From Naegleria gruberi (Eukaryota): a stretch of 64,000 nt of DNA. Where the stretch lies: NCBI GenBank assembly GCA_000004985.1, contig GG738868.1. One strand, given 5' to 3'. The translations under genes and the position numbers were made by a program. Under the pieces are notes generated by a model. That model saw only the letters and a list, made by a program, of their open reading frames with translations, did not search any database and had not been told where the DNA came from. Shown here piece after piece: positions 52,446-63,378 of the stretch. Numbering within the stretch: position 1 is the first letter of the stretch; every line of letters begins with the position of its first letter.

Positions 52446-54152
52446 ATGTCATCAATAGGATATTCTCTAGCCGTTGATCAAAGTGGCTACAATAAGGAAT
52501 CTCTCACCGAAATTTATCAACATTCTCTTGTTTCCAATAATTCCATTCTCTATCTTTATGGTGGAGAAGATTCGAATGGATACTGGACGAATCGTCTATG
52601 TGTTATGAATGTTGCTGGTTTTGCAATCAAAGGAAAAGCTAAAGCCAAATATCTTGAATGGGAAAAACCGAAATACAATTCATTTCCTCCTAAAAAAGAT
52701 GGTCACGTAGTTTGTTTCAATTCCACACAAAAGAAAATGTTTATTTTTGGTGGAAGTGATAATCAACACATTTCTGGACAGAATAATGCTGTCTATTCTG
52801 TTTCTTTCGATAATTTTAATTGGAAAATTGAGATGAAACATGAAGAAACATCTGCTAGACCAATTGGAAGATCAAACTCTGCATTCACACAAGTTAAGAA
52901 TAGTTTATTCTTGTATGGTGGTAAAGTTAGTGATTTTAATGCAAATTTGGATTTTCCAGTAACTAATCAAGTATTGGATGATTTTTGGATGTTAGATACT
53001 GACTCAGTTTCTTGGAAGAAACTTTCAAACAAATTGGCTGCTGGTAAAAACTTGCCAAAATTGTTTGGTGCTTCATTGTGTGCTACTGCTAATGGAGAAC
53101 ATCTCTTCCTGTATGGTGGATCAATTGGTAGAGAATATAGTCCTGAATTGTACAAGTATTCCATCAAGAGTGACTCATGGGAATGTGTAACATCAAAAAC
53201 CAAAGGTGACGGTCCAAAGATTGGTAGAGAACGTCATGCTTGTGTACTTTTAACAAAGACCAATGAAATGATTGTGAGTGGTGGCTGGGTTTTTGGAGGA
53301 ATTGACTCTTCAATTTACTCTCTTAATTTGGATTCTCTCATGTGGAAGAATATTACACCAAAGAATTTAGATTCAAAATCTTTACAGAGATATGGTCATG
53401 CTTCTATTGCTGTTGAATTGTCAAATACTGAACAATATGTAGCTATTATTGGTGGTAAGGATATTTCAATGAATAATAGATCAGATTGTTTATTGATTGC
53501 ACTCACCAATAAGGAAGCTACCTTGACATCAATCTTACAAGGTATTTCACAAAAGCAAAACAGTGACAATTCATTCACAGAAGATTGGAACAAGTTTGAA
53601 AAGTTAGCTACTCCTCTTCCTGCTCCATCTTTGACAGATGATTATATGGCAAGCGTTGCAGGTGTTGGTTCAAAGGCAACCACCACCACTACTCCTACAG
53701 CTGTCAAACAACCTGAAGTGCCAAAGAAACCAACTACCAGTACTGTTACTCCAACACCTGAAAAGGTTAAGGAGTCAAAGCCAGTTGTAACCTCAAACAA
53801 TTCAGGTGATTTGATCGGTGAAAAGTTGCAAAATATTGACGATAAACCAAAGTTGGAAATTGTCAAGAAAGGAGCAAGAATGCAACAAAGAAAACCTAAA
53901 ACAATTAATGCTGATTTATCCAAGTTGGATAAGGCAGCTCAACAAGTCACTGTAGATGTACCAGATGAAAGCAAGTTCAAACAATTGGAATTGGAAGCTA
54001 AAAAGATTGTCACTCCACAACAAGAACCTGAAGCTTCTTCCAGTGACCAATCTGCCGAAAAGAAGCCAATTAGAGGAGGTGTATCCATGTTCCCTGCAAC
54101 TGGTAATCCAATGATGGGTGAATTGAGTGCAAAGCTCAAAAAGAAACAATAA
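52446..54152 (+). CDS. Kelch-repeat (galactose-oxidase type beta-propeller) protein with K/P/T-rich C-terminal tail
   Basis: Six kelch-like blades (ILYLYGGEDSNGYW, KMFIFGGSDNQ, SLFLYGGKVSDF, HLFLYGGSIGREYS, MIVSGGWVFGGID, YVAIIGGKDIS), each followed by W/Y-containing strands. The C-terminal 170 aa is low complexity. Single exon. Confidence 0.65.
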   Translation: MSSIGYSLAVDQSGYNKESLTEIYQHSLVSNNSILYLYGGEDSNGYWTNRLCVMNVAGFAIKGKAKAKYLEWEKPKYNSFPPKKDGHVVCFNSTQKKMFIFGGSDNQHISGQNNAVYSVSFDNFNWKIEMKHEETSARPIGRSNSAFTQVKNSLFLYGGKVSDFNANLDFPVTNQVLDDFWMLDTDSVSWKKLSNKLAAGKNLPKLFGASLCATANGEHLFLYGGSIGREYSPELYKYSIKSDSWECVTSKTKGDGPKIGRERHACVLLTKTNEMIVSGGWVFGGIDSSIYSLNLDSLMWKNITPKNLDSKSLQRYGHASIAVELSNTEQYVAIIGGKDISMNNRSDCLLIALTNKEATLTSILQGISQKQNSDNSFTEDWNKFEKLATPLPAPSLTDDYMASVAGVGSKATTTTTPTAVKQPEVPKKPTTSTVTPTPEKVKESKPVVTSNNSGDLIGEKLQNIDDKPKLEIVKKGARMQQRKPKTINADLSKLDKAAQQVTVDVPDESKFKQLELEAKKIVTPQQEPEASSSDQSAEKKPIRGGVSMFPATGNPMMGELSAKLKKKQ

Positions 54153-54153
54153 T

Positions 54154-56380
54154 TTATAAAAGAGCATCCTGTAAGAAAATAAGCTCTTCAATGTAGTGGC
54201 AGTACTTTCTCAATTGAGGTTCATCATCTCCAAGAATTTCTTTTCTAGGAGTAATCTTGGCTTCCTCGTTTTGGATTTGGTCATTATTATAGATGTCCTT
54301 ATACTTTGCATAGAGTTTTTGGAATCTATCCTTTCCAAAAATCTGTTCGTTCTGAGTAATTAACTTGGTCACTCTATCTTCCAATCGTCCCACAACTGGT
54401 ACGTCATCATATTCAGTCTGATCATAATACTCGTCTTCGTCATCATTTTCCTCTTCATCTTCATTATCACTGTACTCATTTTCTTCATCTTCACTTTGAG
54501 TTTCATACTCAATGTCTTCAGAATCAACTGTCTCACTGTCATCACTATCTCCAAACATTGTGTCTTGTTGCTTGTCCTTCTCAGATTCAGGAAGTAAATT
54601 CATGATGGATTCCTTCTTTTTCTGGAGTGTTTCGATTTTCTTGTGAGTTAAATTGATCATTTCAGTGTATTCCTTCTCAAGCTCTGAATCTATTTCAGCT
54701 TGTCTTTGCGTTATGGATTCAATATCGGTAGGTGATTTGACTTGGTCAACTTCCTTCTTTAAGCCCTTTTCTGAAGCCAAAATATTATTTTGGTTGTGGA
54801 ATTGGTTGTATTGTTGGTTTTTAGCGACCAATCTATTGGCATGGCTCTCAATTCTTGCCTCTTGAAGTTTTCTCTTTTCCTGTTCTTCCTCTTGGGCTCT
54901 CTTTTGTTGTCTCTCGAATAAAATTCTTTCCTTCTCATTTGAGAATTGATTTTGTTTGGACTCGAACTTTGATGGTACATTGAGGTTTTGGAATTTCTTA
55001 CTGAACTCAGAGAAATTATTCTCCTCTCTCTCTTTTTTAAGCTTTTCCTCTTTTTCCCTTCTAACTTGTTCCAACATTTTTTCAACTCTCATTTGCTCCT
55101 TGTGAAGCTTTAAAATTTCTTGATCTATCTTCTTTTCCTTCACTACTTGATTTGAAGAGGATGGTCTGGATGATGGAAGAGGTTGAACACTAGGTTGAAC
55201 CTTTAAGATTTGTGGTTTAGGAACAGATTTAAGATCCGACGGTATAGGAGTTTGATTTCTTGCTGTTTGGGGTTGAACCACTTTTCTTGCAACGATATGA
55301 TTTGGATTGGATGGAACAGGTGATTTTTCAGATACACCTGTTGATGGCACAGGAGAAGCTGGAGGAGTGCTATCAATAATTCTCGAATTCAAAATACCCA
55401 ACTCAGAAAGCTGGGCAGTAAGATTGGCCATTTCTCCTTCTGGAACAATATCTTCAACTTGATCTTGAGCTAAAACCAACTCCCCTGTTGGAGATAATGT
55501 AAGCATTTGTTGTCTAATATATTTTACAATAATTGGGGTTTGTAAAATTTCTTTAAGCGTTGGTCTCTTCGATGGTCTTGTTTGGAGACATTTAGTGATC
55601 AATCCTACGAGTTGACTATTGTAATGGTTCACATTCTTGATTGGGGAATAATAACCTTTTTGAATATTAAGGAAAAGCATTTGAATATTTTTTCCTTTGA
55701 ATGGCAAAGCACCTTGGTTAACCATTTCATAAAGAATCACTCCCAAAGCCCAAACGTCCGATTTATAACTATATTTTGATCCTCCACATTGTTCTGGACT
55801 ATTGTGAATGTCAGTAAATTCAATTTAACTCTTAATTGACTTACCTCATGTACAATGGCGTTCCAATTGTAGTTTGGGCCATTTGCTCACAAGTTCTCAT
55901 TCCTGATTCATCAAACACTTTTGCAATACCAAAATCTCCTAATTTAACATTTCCCTTCTCTGATAAGAAAATATTTTGTGATTTCAAATCTCTGTGTAAA
56001 ACCTTTTGATTGTGAATAAAATAGAGAGCCAGAGCTGATTGGACAAACAATTTCAAAACAGTCTTTTCTGGAACTCTTTGATTGAGATAATTTTTCTGAA
56101 TAAAGTTCGATAAGTCACCTCCTTTGCAAAAGCTCATAACAATACACAAGTTGCTCTCCTCATCCATAAATGAATCAATGTATCGGACAATGAAGGGATG
56201 TTGAAGTGTTTGCAAGAGCTTGACTTCTTGCTTGGCACTATTCTTTTCCTTTTGAGATTGACCCTTCAATGGAATCTTTTTCATCACATATTTCTTATCA
56301 ATATTAGTTGTTGAGTGCACTACAAAGACACTTCCATAACTTCCACTTCCCAATTTCTTTTCGACTACGTATCTATTCAT
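54154..56380 (-). CDS. NIMA-related protein kinase (NEK) with long coiled-coil/acidic C-terminal region, 2 exons
   Basis: Exon 1 56380..55845 (MNRYVVEKKLGSGSYGSVF..HRDLKSQNIFL..KLGDFGIAKVF..TTIGTPLYMS) joins exon 2 55798..54154 (PEQCGGSKYSYKSDVWALGVILYEM..) through a 46-nt GTAAGT..TACTGAC..AG intron, restoring the GTPxYMSPE activation-segment motif of NEKs. The C-terminus is E/K/Q-rich coiled coil with an acidic tract. Confidence 0.8.
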
Positions 56381-56603
56381 TGTTGTTGTTGTATAATATT
56401 AGTATAATTTTGTAAAATGATGTTGCTGTTGTATTATTATTATTCGTGCAATATAACCTTCTTCACCATATGGAACAACAAAAGATACTCTCCCTTGAAG
56501 TATTGCAATGATGATGGTTGAATATTTTTTTACTTTGAACTTTTGTAGACAATTTTGGCGCCAAACAATAAAATTGCAATTTTAAACATGTAACGTTCCA
56601 ATA

Positions 56604-57393
56604 GACATCCGGCAACGCGTTTTTAACGTTTTGGTGTTAAAAGGTTTTGAAACCTTATCACTACGTTTCATGACAGACAATCAAACTTCGTAAACTAAAC
56701 TTTAACGTGCAAAGACCACTTATTGATATGCAAATAGTCTGTGAAGTTATTTTTACAAAGACAGTCCCATGAAAAACGTTTTAAAACGTTGCAACTACAT
56801 TTTATTAAATGATTTAATATTGATACGTGGTACTGGTTGTTCTTTTTTGTGTATCTTTACTACATAGTAATCTAGTCTCTCCTCAACGTCAATTTGTTTA
56901 GTTAAATCGGTAACTTTTGGGAATGTTAGTTTCAAAGTATATGTTAAACCTTTTTCGCCAATAGGATCTTTCTTGCTAATGATTTCATCTGTGTCAAAGA
57001 TGATGTCTTCATCAAATTTACCAACACTAAATTGAAACTCCATCATATTAGGTCTCTTTTCGGATGTTTTTGGGATAATTTCTATGCCACCAAACTTTTT
57101 AAAAATCCAATAAATATTGGATTTTGTTATTACGACGCATGGTTTAAACATTATAGGAACGTCTGTATGATTTACAACTTCGACGTAGTTGTTTTTGACG
57201 ACTGCATTCACACCTCTTGTTGGTGATAACATAATAATTTCATCGTCAGATATGTTGCAAAACAACACGAAAAGTTGAAGACGAATAAAACGTAATAAAA
57301 TGTTTGTTCAACGTTGACGTTAATCATCATTCATTTTCAAACGTTCAAATCGCGATTTAAAAAATCGCGATTTTCAACGCGTTGCCGGATGTC
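56604..57393. mobile_element. Candidate non-autonomous DNA transposon: 790-bp element bounded by perfect 18-bp terminal inverted repeats with TA flanks
   Basis: Left end GACATCCGGCAACGCGTT (56604..56621) and right end AACGCGTTGCCGGATGTC (57376..57393) are perfect reverse complements, each flanked externally by TA. Subterminal regions on both sides are studded with ACGTT/AACGTT and ATCGCGAT palindromic motifs. The GC-rich ends contrast with the AT-rich surroundings. The element encloses ORF 56795..57268 on the minus strand. Confidence 0.5.
56795..57268 (-). CDS. Hypothetical 157-aa ORF inside the TIR-bounded element (not a recognisable transposase)
   Basis: Uninterrupted ORF. No DDE/RNase-H-like or HTH motif recognised by eye. 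Confidence 0.3.
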   Translation of the reverse strand: MLFCNISDDEIIMLSPTRGVNAVVKNNYVEVVNHTDVPIMFKPCVVITKSNIYWIFKKFGGIEIIPKTSEKRPNMMEFQFSVGKFDEDIIFDTDEIISKKDPIGEKGLTYTLKLTFPKVTDLTKQIDVEERLDYYVVKIHKKEQPVPRINIKSFNKM

Positions 57394-57690
57394 TAATATA
57401 CAACAACTCTAATAAGAACAACAAATATTAATGACAATAATTTTCTTCACTACTGTACTGTGTTACTGGATCATGACAGGATGAAAACCCAACTTGCTCA
57501 TTAAAACGTGAGGCACAAGAATTAGACTATTTTTAAATACAAAAAATTGAATCAAATCATCATTAGAATTTTATCAGTTGCCTTCCTCTTCTGTTTTAGT
57601 CTCATCAGAGAATTTTCAAACGTGATCGTGGTGGCCACCATCAACTCTCTCTCGGAATCTACATGAAGAAAGAAAATAGTACTACAACTT

Positions 57691-59424
57691 GTGATGGAGT
57701 ATTTTAATAATTTATTGAGCAAGACGGGCAAGTTAGCCTATGGAAGCAGAGAGAATGTTCAACTTTCGGGGAATCAATCGACACAAGCATTGAATAGACA
57801 AACTTTGGAATTGTACTCTATGGAAATGGCTGATATTGCAAAGGAGTCATATGAGTTGGATTTTAGTAAAATTCCACTCAATAAGAATGTAGTGCTTGTG
57901 TTGGGAGATCAATCTGCTGGTAAATCTTCATTCGTTAATTATTTATTCTCTGGATCTAGCATTAGAGAAACTGGTGCCAATGCCATTGATACTCAGTTTA
58001 CAATTTTGGAATGTGTTAGTGAAAAGGAATTTAGAAATATTGTTGGAATTTCAAAATATGATAATTTAATGAAAGAATTCAATAGGAAAAAAAGAGATCC
58101 AAATTTTGATATTGACGAATGGAAATCTCAACCATTAGAGAGGCAAATAACAGACGAAAGAGAAAATATTCTATATTGTGAACTTTCACAGACTGACAAG
58201 ATGAATAGATATCGTCAATTTTATGATTCTACTATGAAAACTGTGCTCATAAAACATCATGAGCTAGTTAAAGCATATGTGGTGAATGCCAGATTTATAG
58301 ATGGAACTGATATGGAGAAAATGTATCAGGGAAATGTTCAAGAGAGAAAGAAACAGAGAAAGAAAGAGAAGGAACTTTCAGAGTTTGTTGATAATATTTG
58401 CACCACGACTAAAAAGAAGGAACCTGCAGAATCTGAATGGGAACTACTAGATCCAAAAGCTATCAAGAAGAATAACTCACAGAAAAACCTGGAGGAAGAT
58501 GATGGAGAAAAATGGTTGGTGGAAAATTTGATTTTCATTGATACACCAGGATTTAATGGTTCCATGAATTTGGATGTGGAAAAATTCAAAGCAAATATTG
58601 AGGTATTGGAATTCTTTTACAAAAACTCTTCATTAGTGTTGTTCCTCTTGAGTCCAGCACATTTGTTGAGTATTGGAAATTCTCTCTACATGTTACAACT
58701 GACCATAATTGATCAAGAAACAAGAGAGAAATTGTACAAACATGTATATAGTCAATTACAAATCACTGATAACACCCTACAGAATGGCAATAATGTACAG
58801 CAGCCAACACCTTCGTCTGGTGGATTAGTGAGTTCTATTAGCAAGACAGTGTTGGATACATTGTTGAGTGGATGCTACTCTGCATTGGAATCTAATTTCA
58901 AGAGTATTACATCCTTGTATAGTGGAGGTCCAAAAAAACAAAAGGATTATTATTTTGGATCCTCAATCTATGACAAGCTTTATTTTGTCATTAACAAGAT
59001 AGATACTGTAAAGAATGTAAATTATTGCCATTTCGAACTTGGATGTTCAATAGGGAGAAACTTTAAATTTCTTCCATTGCCAACAGCATCCAGAGTTCTA
59101 TGCATCGCGTGTCCAAATGAAATAAGGAGTCAAATAGCATCCACCTCTTTTATCAAGAGGAAAGATGTCAACTTGGCAAACGTGAACTTTGGAGATTTAC
59201 ACCAATTGGAAAAGATCATTAACACCCTACGAGATGAAAAACAGATTCAGTTAACATTCATCAATCACATTCAGTACATGTTTGAAAAGATACAAGCCAA
59301 ACATCAAAATATGAACTATTACAATCAGTACATGTTAGGAACAGTCTATGAACGAGCTCAAAATATTTGTAATCTTTGTTGTGATCCTACTCCTGATGAG
59401 TTACGAGATGAGCAATCTAACTAA
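57691..59424 (+). CDS. Dynamin-superfamily GTPase with EHD-like G domain
   Basis: G1 P-loop VLVLGDQSAGKSSFVNYL, switch region ..TGANAIDTQFTILE, G3 LIFIDTPGFNGS. This is followed by the EHD-like block NSSLVLFLLSPAHLLSIGNS, which parallels EHD/sarcalumenin after DTPG. 577 aa, single exon. No EH domain recognised. Confidence 0.5.
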   Translation: MMEYFNNLLSKTGKLAYGSRENVQLSGNQSTQALNRQTLELYSMEMADIAKESYELDFSKIPLNKNVVLVLGDQSAGKSSFVNYLFSGSSIRETGANAIDTQFTILECVSEKEFRNIVGISKYDNLMKEFNRKKRDPNFDIDEWKSQPLERQITDERENILYCELSQTDKMNRYRQFYDSTMKTVLIKHHELVKAYVVNARFIDGTDMEKMYQGNVQERKKQRKKEKELSEFVDNICTTTKKKEPAESEWELLDPKAIKKNNSQKNLEEDDGEKWLVENLIFIDTPGFNGSMNLDVEKFKANIEVLEFFYKNSSLVLFLLSPAHLLSIGNSLYMLQLTIIDQETREKLYKHVYSQLQITDNTLQNGNNVQQPTPSSGGLVSSISKTVLDTLLSGCYSALESNFKSITSLYSGGPKKQKDYYFGSSIYDKLYFVINKIDTVKNVNYCHFELGCSIGRNFKFLPLPTASRVLCIACPNEIRSQIASTSFIKRKDVNLANVNFGDLHQLEKIINTLRDEKQIQLTFINHIQYMFEKIQAKHQNMNYYNQYMLGTVYERAQNICNLCCDPTPDELRDEQSN

Positions 59425-59800
59425 TGATAAATATTTAAATGAATTGTTTTCAATAGTTATTTATTACTCAATGAATTTGATAAATGTTTCATGCACTTCC
59501 CAAATCGAGTTTATTCCACCTTTGATTTATATCTTTTCTTCCTCAATGGTTATTGTTACTCTTCCTTCAAGACAACCCATGATTCGTCACAAATAAACTT
59601 GTTTTGAAATTTGGAGGGCTCAATACTCAATAACATTGCTCTGTGAACTCCTTGCTACCTAAGCATGTTTCACAACAGGTTCTTCAAATTGTGGGTTCAT
59701 TTGTTTTAGTTTATCTAACTCCATATGTTTCGAAATAAGTCAAAGAAATGGAAAACTGATGCAGTCGTATGAAAAATTTAAATTGAAAAGACAATCTGGT

Positions 59801-60572
59801 TTACAATTTTTTAATGATATCATTTTGAATAGCTTGAACAATGGAATGATCCACTTGGTAGGATAAAAAGTGATTCTTATCCTGGAAAATATATGGAATG
59901 GATCCAAGCTTTTCAAAAACAACTTTTTGTTCACTTTCAAAATCAACTAAATGATCATCCTCAGATCCAAATTGAACAATAATTGGACAATTTCTTTTCA
60001 TTAATTCCCAATTCCATTCTCTATTGTAATATCCACTCTTTCTTTCATTTTCATCACCCATATCAGTTACGCAAGCAGAAACAAGAACACAAGCATGAAG
60101 TGTATGTTTTTCAATATATCTCATACTATATCCATTTCAACAATGACCATTTCAAATAGGAGAATTTATACAATTAATAGATTGCAATTATCACAATTAA
60201 AATTTAATTAATTTCCGATTATTTTCATATTTAATTAATATGATCATTAATAGTTCAGAATATTTGAGCAAAGTAGCAAACTTACCAACATTCGGCTCCA
60301 CTACTGTGACCAATTAATATTAATTTTGCACCTTCCTCTCTATATGGTTCAATATGTTTTTCAACAAAAGGAATCCATATGGATTCTCTTGCAACATATG
60401 GATCAGGCATATCCTTGCAAATAACAGTGCATTTCCGAGAAATATCATCATCAAACAATTCTCTAATTTTATCAGTTAAATCACTATACCAATTTGAATC
60501 CAAAATATCCTCGCAACCATTTCCTGGTAGAATCATGAATACTAAGTGATCTTGTTCTTGATTGTTGGCCAT
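59801..60572 (-). CDS. RBBP9: RBBP9-like serine hydrolase (YdeN/DUF1234 alpha/beta hydrolase), 2 exons
   Basis: Exon 1 60572..60286 (MANNQEQDHLVFMILPGNG..KDMPDPYVARESIWIPFVEKHI..LILIGHSSGAEC) joins exon 2 60125..59801 (C MRYIEKHTLHACVLVSACVTDMGDENERKSGYYNREWNWELMKRNCPIIVQFGSEDDHLV..) through a 160-nt GTAAGT..ATAG intron. The ~203-aa product is colinear with human RBBP9, including the GHSSGA nucleophile elbow. Confidence 0.8.
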
Positions 60573-60651
60573 TCTTCTTGTTTCTATTTTTTTATTTAAA
60601 TTTTAAAAAAATATATTTTTTATGAAATAATGTGTTTTTTGGTTAATTTAT

Positions 60652-61206
60652 TTATTCTGACTTCTTGTTCTTTCTCTTGGTCATTCTACCTGGCTTACCA
60701 CCTTGAACTAAAGCGCTGAAAGGTGACTTGTTAATGTGCTTTTCAGAGTCAACTCTAACAGTGAATGATGGAACATTGACAGTTTGCTTACCAACTCTGA
60801 TGTGACCTTGGAAGATAAGTTGTCTAGCGTGGTGAATAGACTTGGACAAGTTGAGCTTTTGGACGATGGTTTGCAATCTTCTTTCCAACAAGTCTTCAGC
60901 CTTCAAGGACAAGATGTAATCGAGTTGTTGTCTAGATTCATCCAACAAACCTAATCTGGTCATTCTTCTCAACAAAGCAGCACCTTCGAATTGTCTCTTG
61001 ATATCATCTTCTGGCAAAGTGAGCAAATGTCTAGCAGTCTTACGAGCACGAGCAAGGTAGTATTGGACTCTCCAGATTTCGTGCTTGTTCTTCAAACCGT
61101 ACTTTCCGCACATTCTCAATTCTCTGTCCAAACGTTCCTTTTCGAATGGACGTCTAGGTGGCATGGCAACCTTGGAGTGGACTCTATAACATCTATTTTG
61201 GACCAT
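60652..61206 (-). CDS. RPS9: 40S ribosomal protein S9 (uS4)
   Basis: [123 protein letters not shown] is colinear with eukaryotic RPS9. The true ATG is at 61206, and the ORF-track start 61215 is an upstream TTG. No intron. Confidence 0.85.
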   Translation of the reverse strand: MVQNRCYRVHSKVAMPPRRPFEKERLDRELRMCGKYGLKNKHEIWRVQYYLARARKTARHLLTLPEDDIKRQFEGAALLRRMTRLGLLDESRQQLDYILSLKAEDLLERRLQTIVQKLNLSKSIHHARQLIFQGHIRVGKQTVNVPSFTVRVDSEKHINKSPFSALVQGGKPGRMTKRKNKKSE

Positions 61207-61391
61207 TCTATGCAAGTTAATAAAAATGAAGAAAGATATTCAATACTCACTTGACGTTTTTTTTTCAACAAACTTTTTAAAATAGTGGCGAGGAATGGTT
61301 AACTATTATTTTACAATCAAAATTTTTTAGAAGCATTTCTCAGCTTGAACCACCACAATAACGCTCTAAGCAGATAAAAATTACCACTTAT

Positions 61392-63350
61392 TCATCTTTG
61401 CTTCCTATCAAATATTAGCAATCGCTTCAACAATGTACTAGCATCATAGGGGAAGATTCCTTTGGAGTAGAGTTGGTAAATTTCCAAATGTAAATTATTC
61501 ATCACGGATACAACACTAGTCATCATCGTTTGTTGTTGACTATCTTCAATCTGCTCATGTCCCGTCCTCTCATCCTTCTCTTGGTTGGAAACATAGTATT
61601 GATACCATCGACACGTCTTGAATATCAACTCTAGAATGCACTCACAAGTTTCATCAGAAATTAAATAATCCATCAACACTTGAATGTTAAAGTTCAAAAT
61701 GCTCAGCAAGTGGTAAATTATTGAGAGTGGATTTAAAAGGTTATTCATGAATTGATTAATTCTCTCTGCTAGTAATTTGTCATCGGTAGTGGTTGGACAA
61801 TTTTTGGATTCTTCTTGCAGCTGATAAAACTTTAGCCAATTGGAATGTATGTGAAAGAGAGAAAGGAAAACTTTTAACAAGCTCACATCATGCATGGAAC
61901 AAATTCTCTGAATGGTTGAATAGAACATTTCTTCACTCGTTTCAAAGATGCTCTTCAAATCCAGTTGGTGCCAAATGGACTCACTAGAAAGATTGTTATA
62001 ATTACATTTTTCAACCATCTTGATAACCAAGAGGAGAAACTCTCTCTGCACCGATGATTCTACACGCTCACTGCAAAAATCAGTCTCAATACACTCATTG
62101 CTGTTGAATAGAGAAGGATAATGACCTATCGCGTTAGTAAGCTGGTTGACAAAATCATGTGAAGAAATTTCAATAACTTTTCTCATGATGGAAAATAACT
62201 TTTTTGAATTGACATCCATACGAGTACCATTACACTCTAACATGGCAATACAATAGGATAAAATTCTACTTGCAATCAATTCAGAAAGGTCAAGATTTTC
62301 TACAAGTTTGATATAATTATAAATCATGTCATTGGTTGCAAAGAGGAGAGAAAATGAATCTGAAAGATTATTATTCTTATAAGTTTCAACTAGTTGATCG
62401 GTAATCCTAATAATCAATCGAAATAAAATTTCAGAATCGAACTCTTGTTGGGATTTCCTCAAATGTTTTACAATATTTCTAATTAACATGATACATTCCT
62501 CATTTCTTAATTTTACAATTCGAACAATTTCACACAACAAGTTCAAAAAATCATTACTCTTTTTCACATCCAAAATCCACAATTTGAAGATAATCTTTTG
62601 GGAAAAGTAGCAAATGAGTGGATCATGAAACAAATCTCTTCCAGACTTTTCAGTCAAAAAAAGAATTGGCATTAATGAGCTCGAAATGTTATCTAACAAA
62701 CAAGGAGTTAATGAATTGTATTGAATAATTTCTATTGTATTTTCTTTTGAATTATCTAATTGTTGTGAAATTTTGGAAATTATTTTCCTATAATCAAAAA
62801 TTGATTTCCCTTCTTCCCAACTTTCCAAATCTTGCACAAATAAATATAGTTGATTAAAATATTCAACAATGTGACAGTATTCATCTTTACAATTTGCCTT
62901 CTTCTTCTTTGAAGGATTCTCATCTCCGAGTGATGCTATCGTATTGTTATTACATAATTGATGCATCATTGTATTATTAGAGGGATCATTTTTCATTTTT
63001 TTAATCTATTCTTCATCCCTCTTCTTTGCCATTATTAAACGATACATGTTTTCAAACTCTAGACGATCATCAAAATTTTGAATCTTTTCAATTTCCTTTC
63101 CAATGTTCATCGTAGATGATCTAATATTCAGAGTTTTAATATTCTCTACAAAGTTTTCACCTGATTGGGGAGTAATTCTTGTCTCGAATTTTTTCAGCAG
63201 GTAATGATAGGCTTCGAAATTACCTTCTTGTTCCAACTTGGTCAATGTTTCAAAAAAGAGAGAGAACATTATTTTGTATTGTCTCAATGTATCTTCTTCC
63301 ATGATTTCATCTTCTTCCTTGATTGTTATTTTCTCTGTATTTGATGACAT
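61392..63350 (-). CDS. Hypothetical helical protein; two same-frame ORFs separated by a single in-frame TAG (63006..63008)
   Basis: ORF 63006..63350 (114 aa, ..MAKKRDEE*) and ORF 61392..62996 (534 aa, MKNDPSNN..) are on the same strand and in the same frame, separated only by TAG ATT AAA AAA before the next ATG. Either there are two genes 9 bp apart, or this is one ~652-aa gene with an internal stop (pseudogene, readthrough or sequence error). No family recognised. Confidence 0.4.
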
Positions 63351-63378
63351 TTTTTGATGAAAGCAAAATTAAATAAAA

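Noticed and set aside
59740-59946. ORF 59740..59946 overlapping the 3' exon of the RBBP9-like gene
   Set aside because: It is in a different frame from the conserved RBBP9 exon and extends into the 3' UTR. It is a chance ORF.
61206-61260. Possible 5' intron or short first exon in the RPS9 gene (catag just upstream of the ATG, MHRM extension in the ORF track)
   Set aside because: The ORF-track start is a TTG. The ATG at 61206 gives an N-terminus ([23 protein letters not shown]) of the same length as the human and yeast S9 N-termini. No upstream ATG-containing exon was found within 120 bp.
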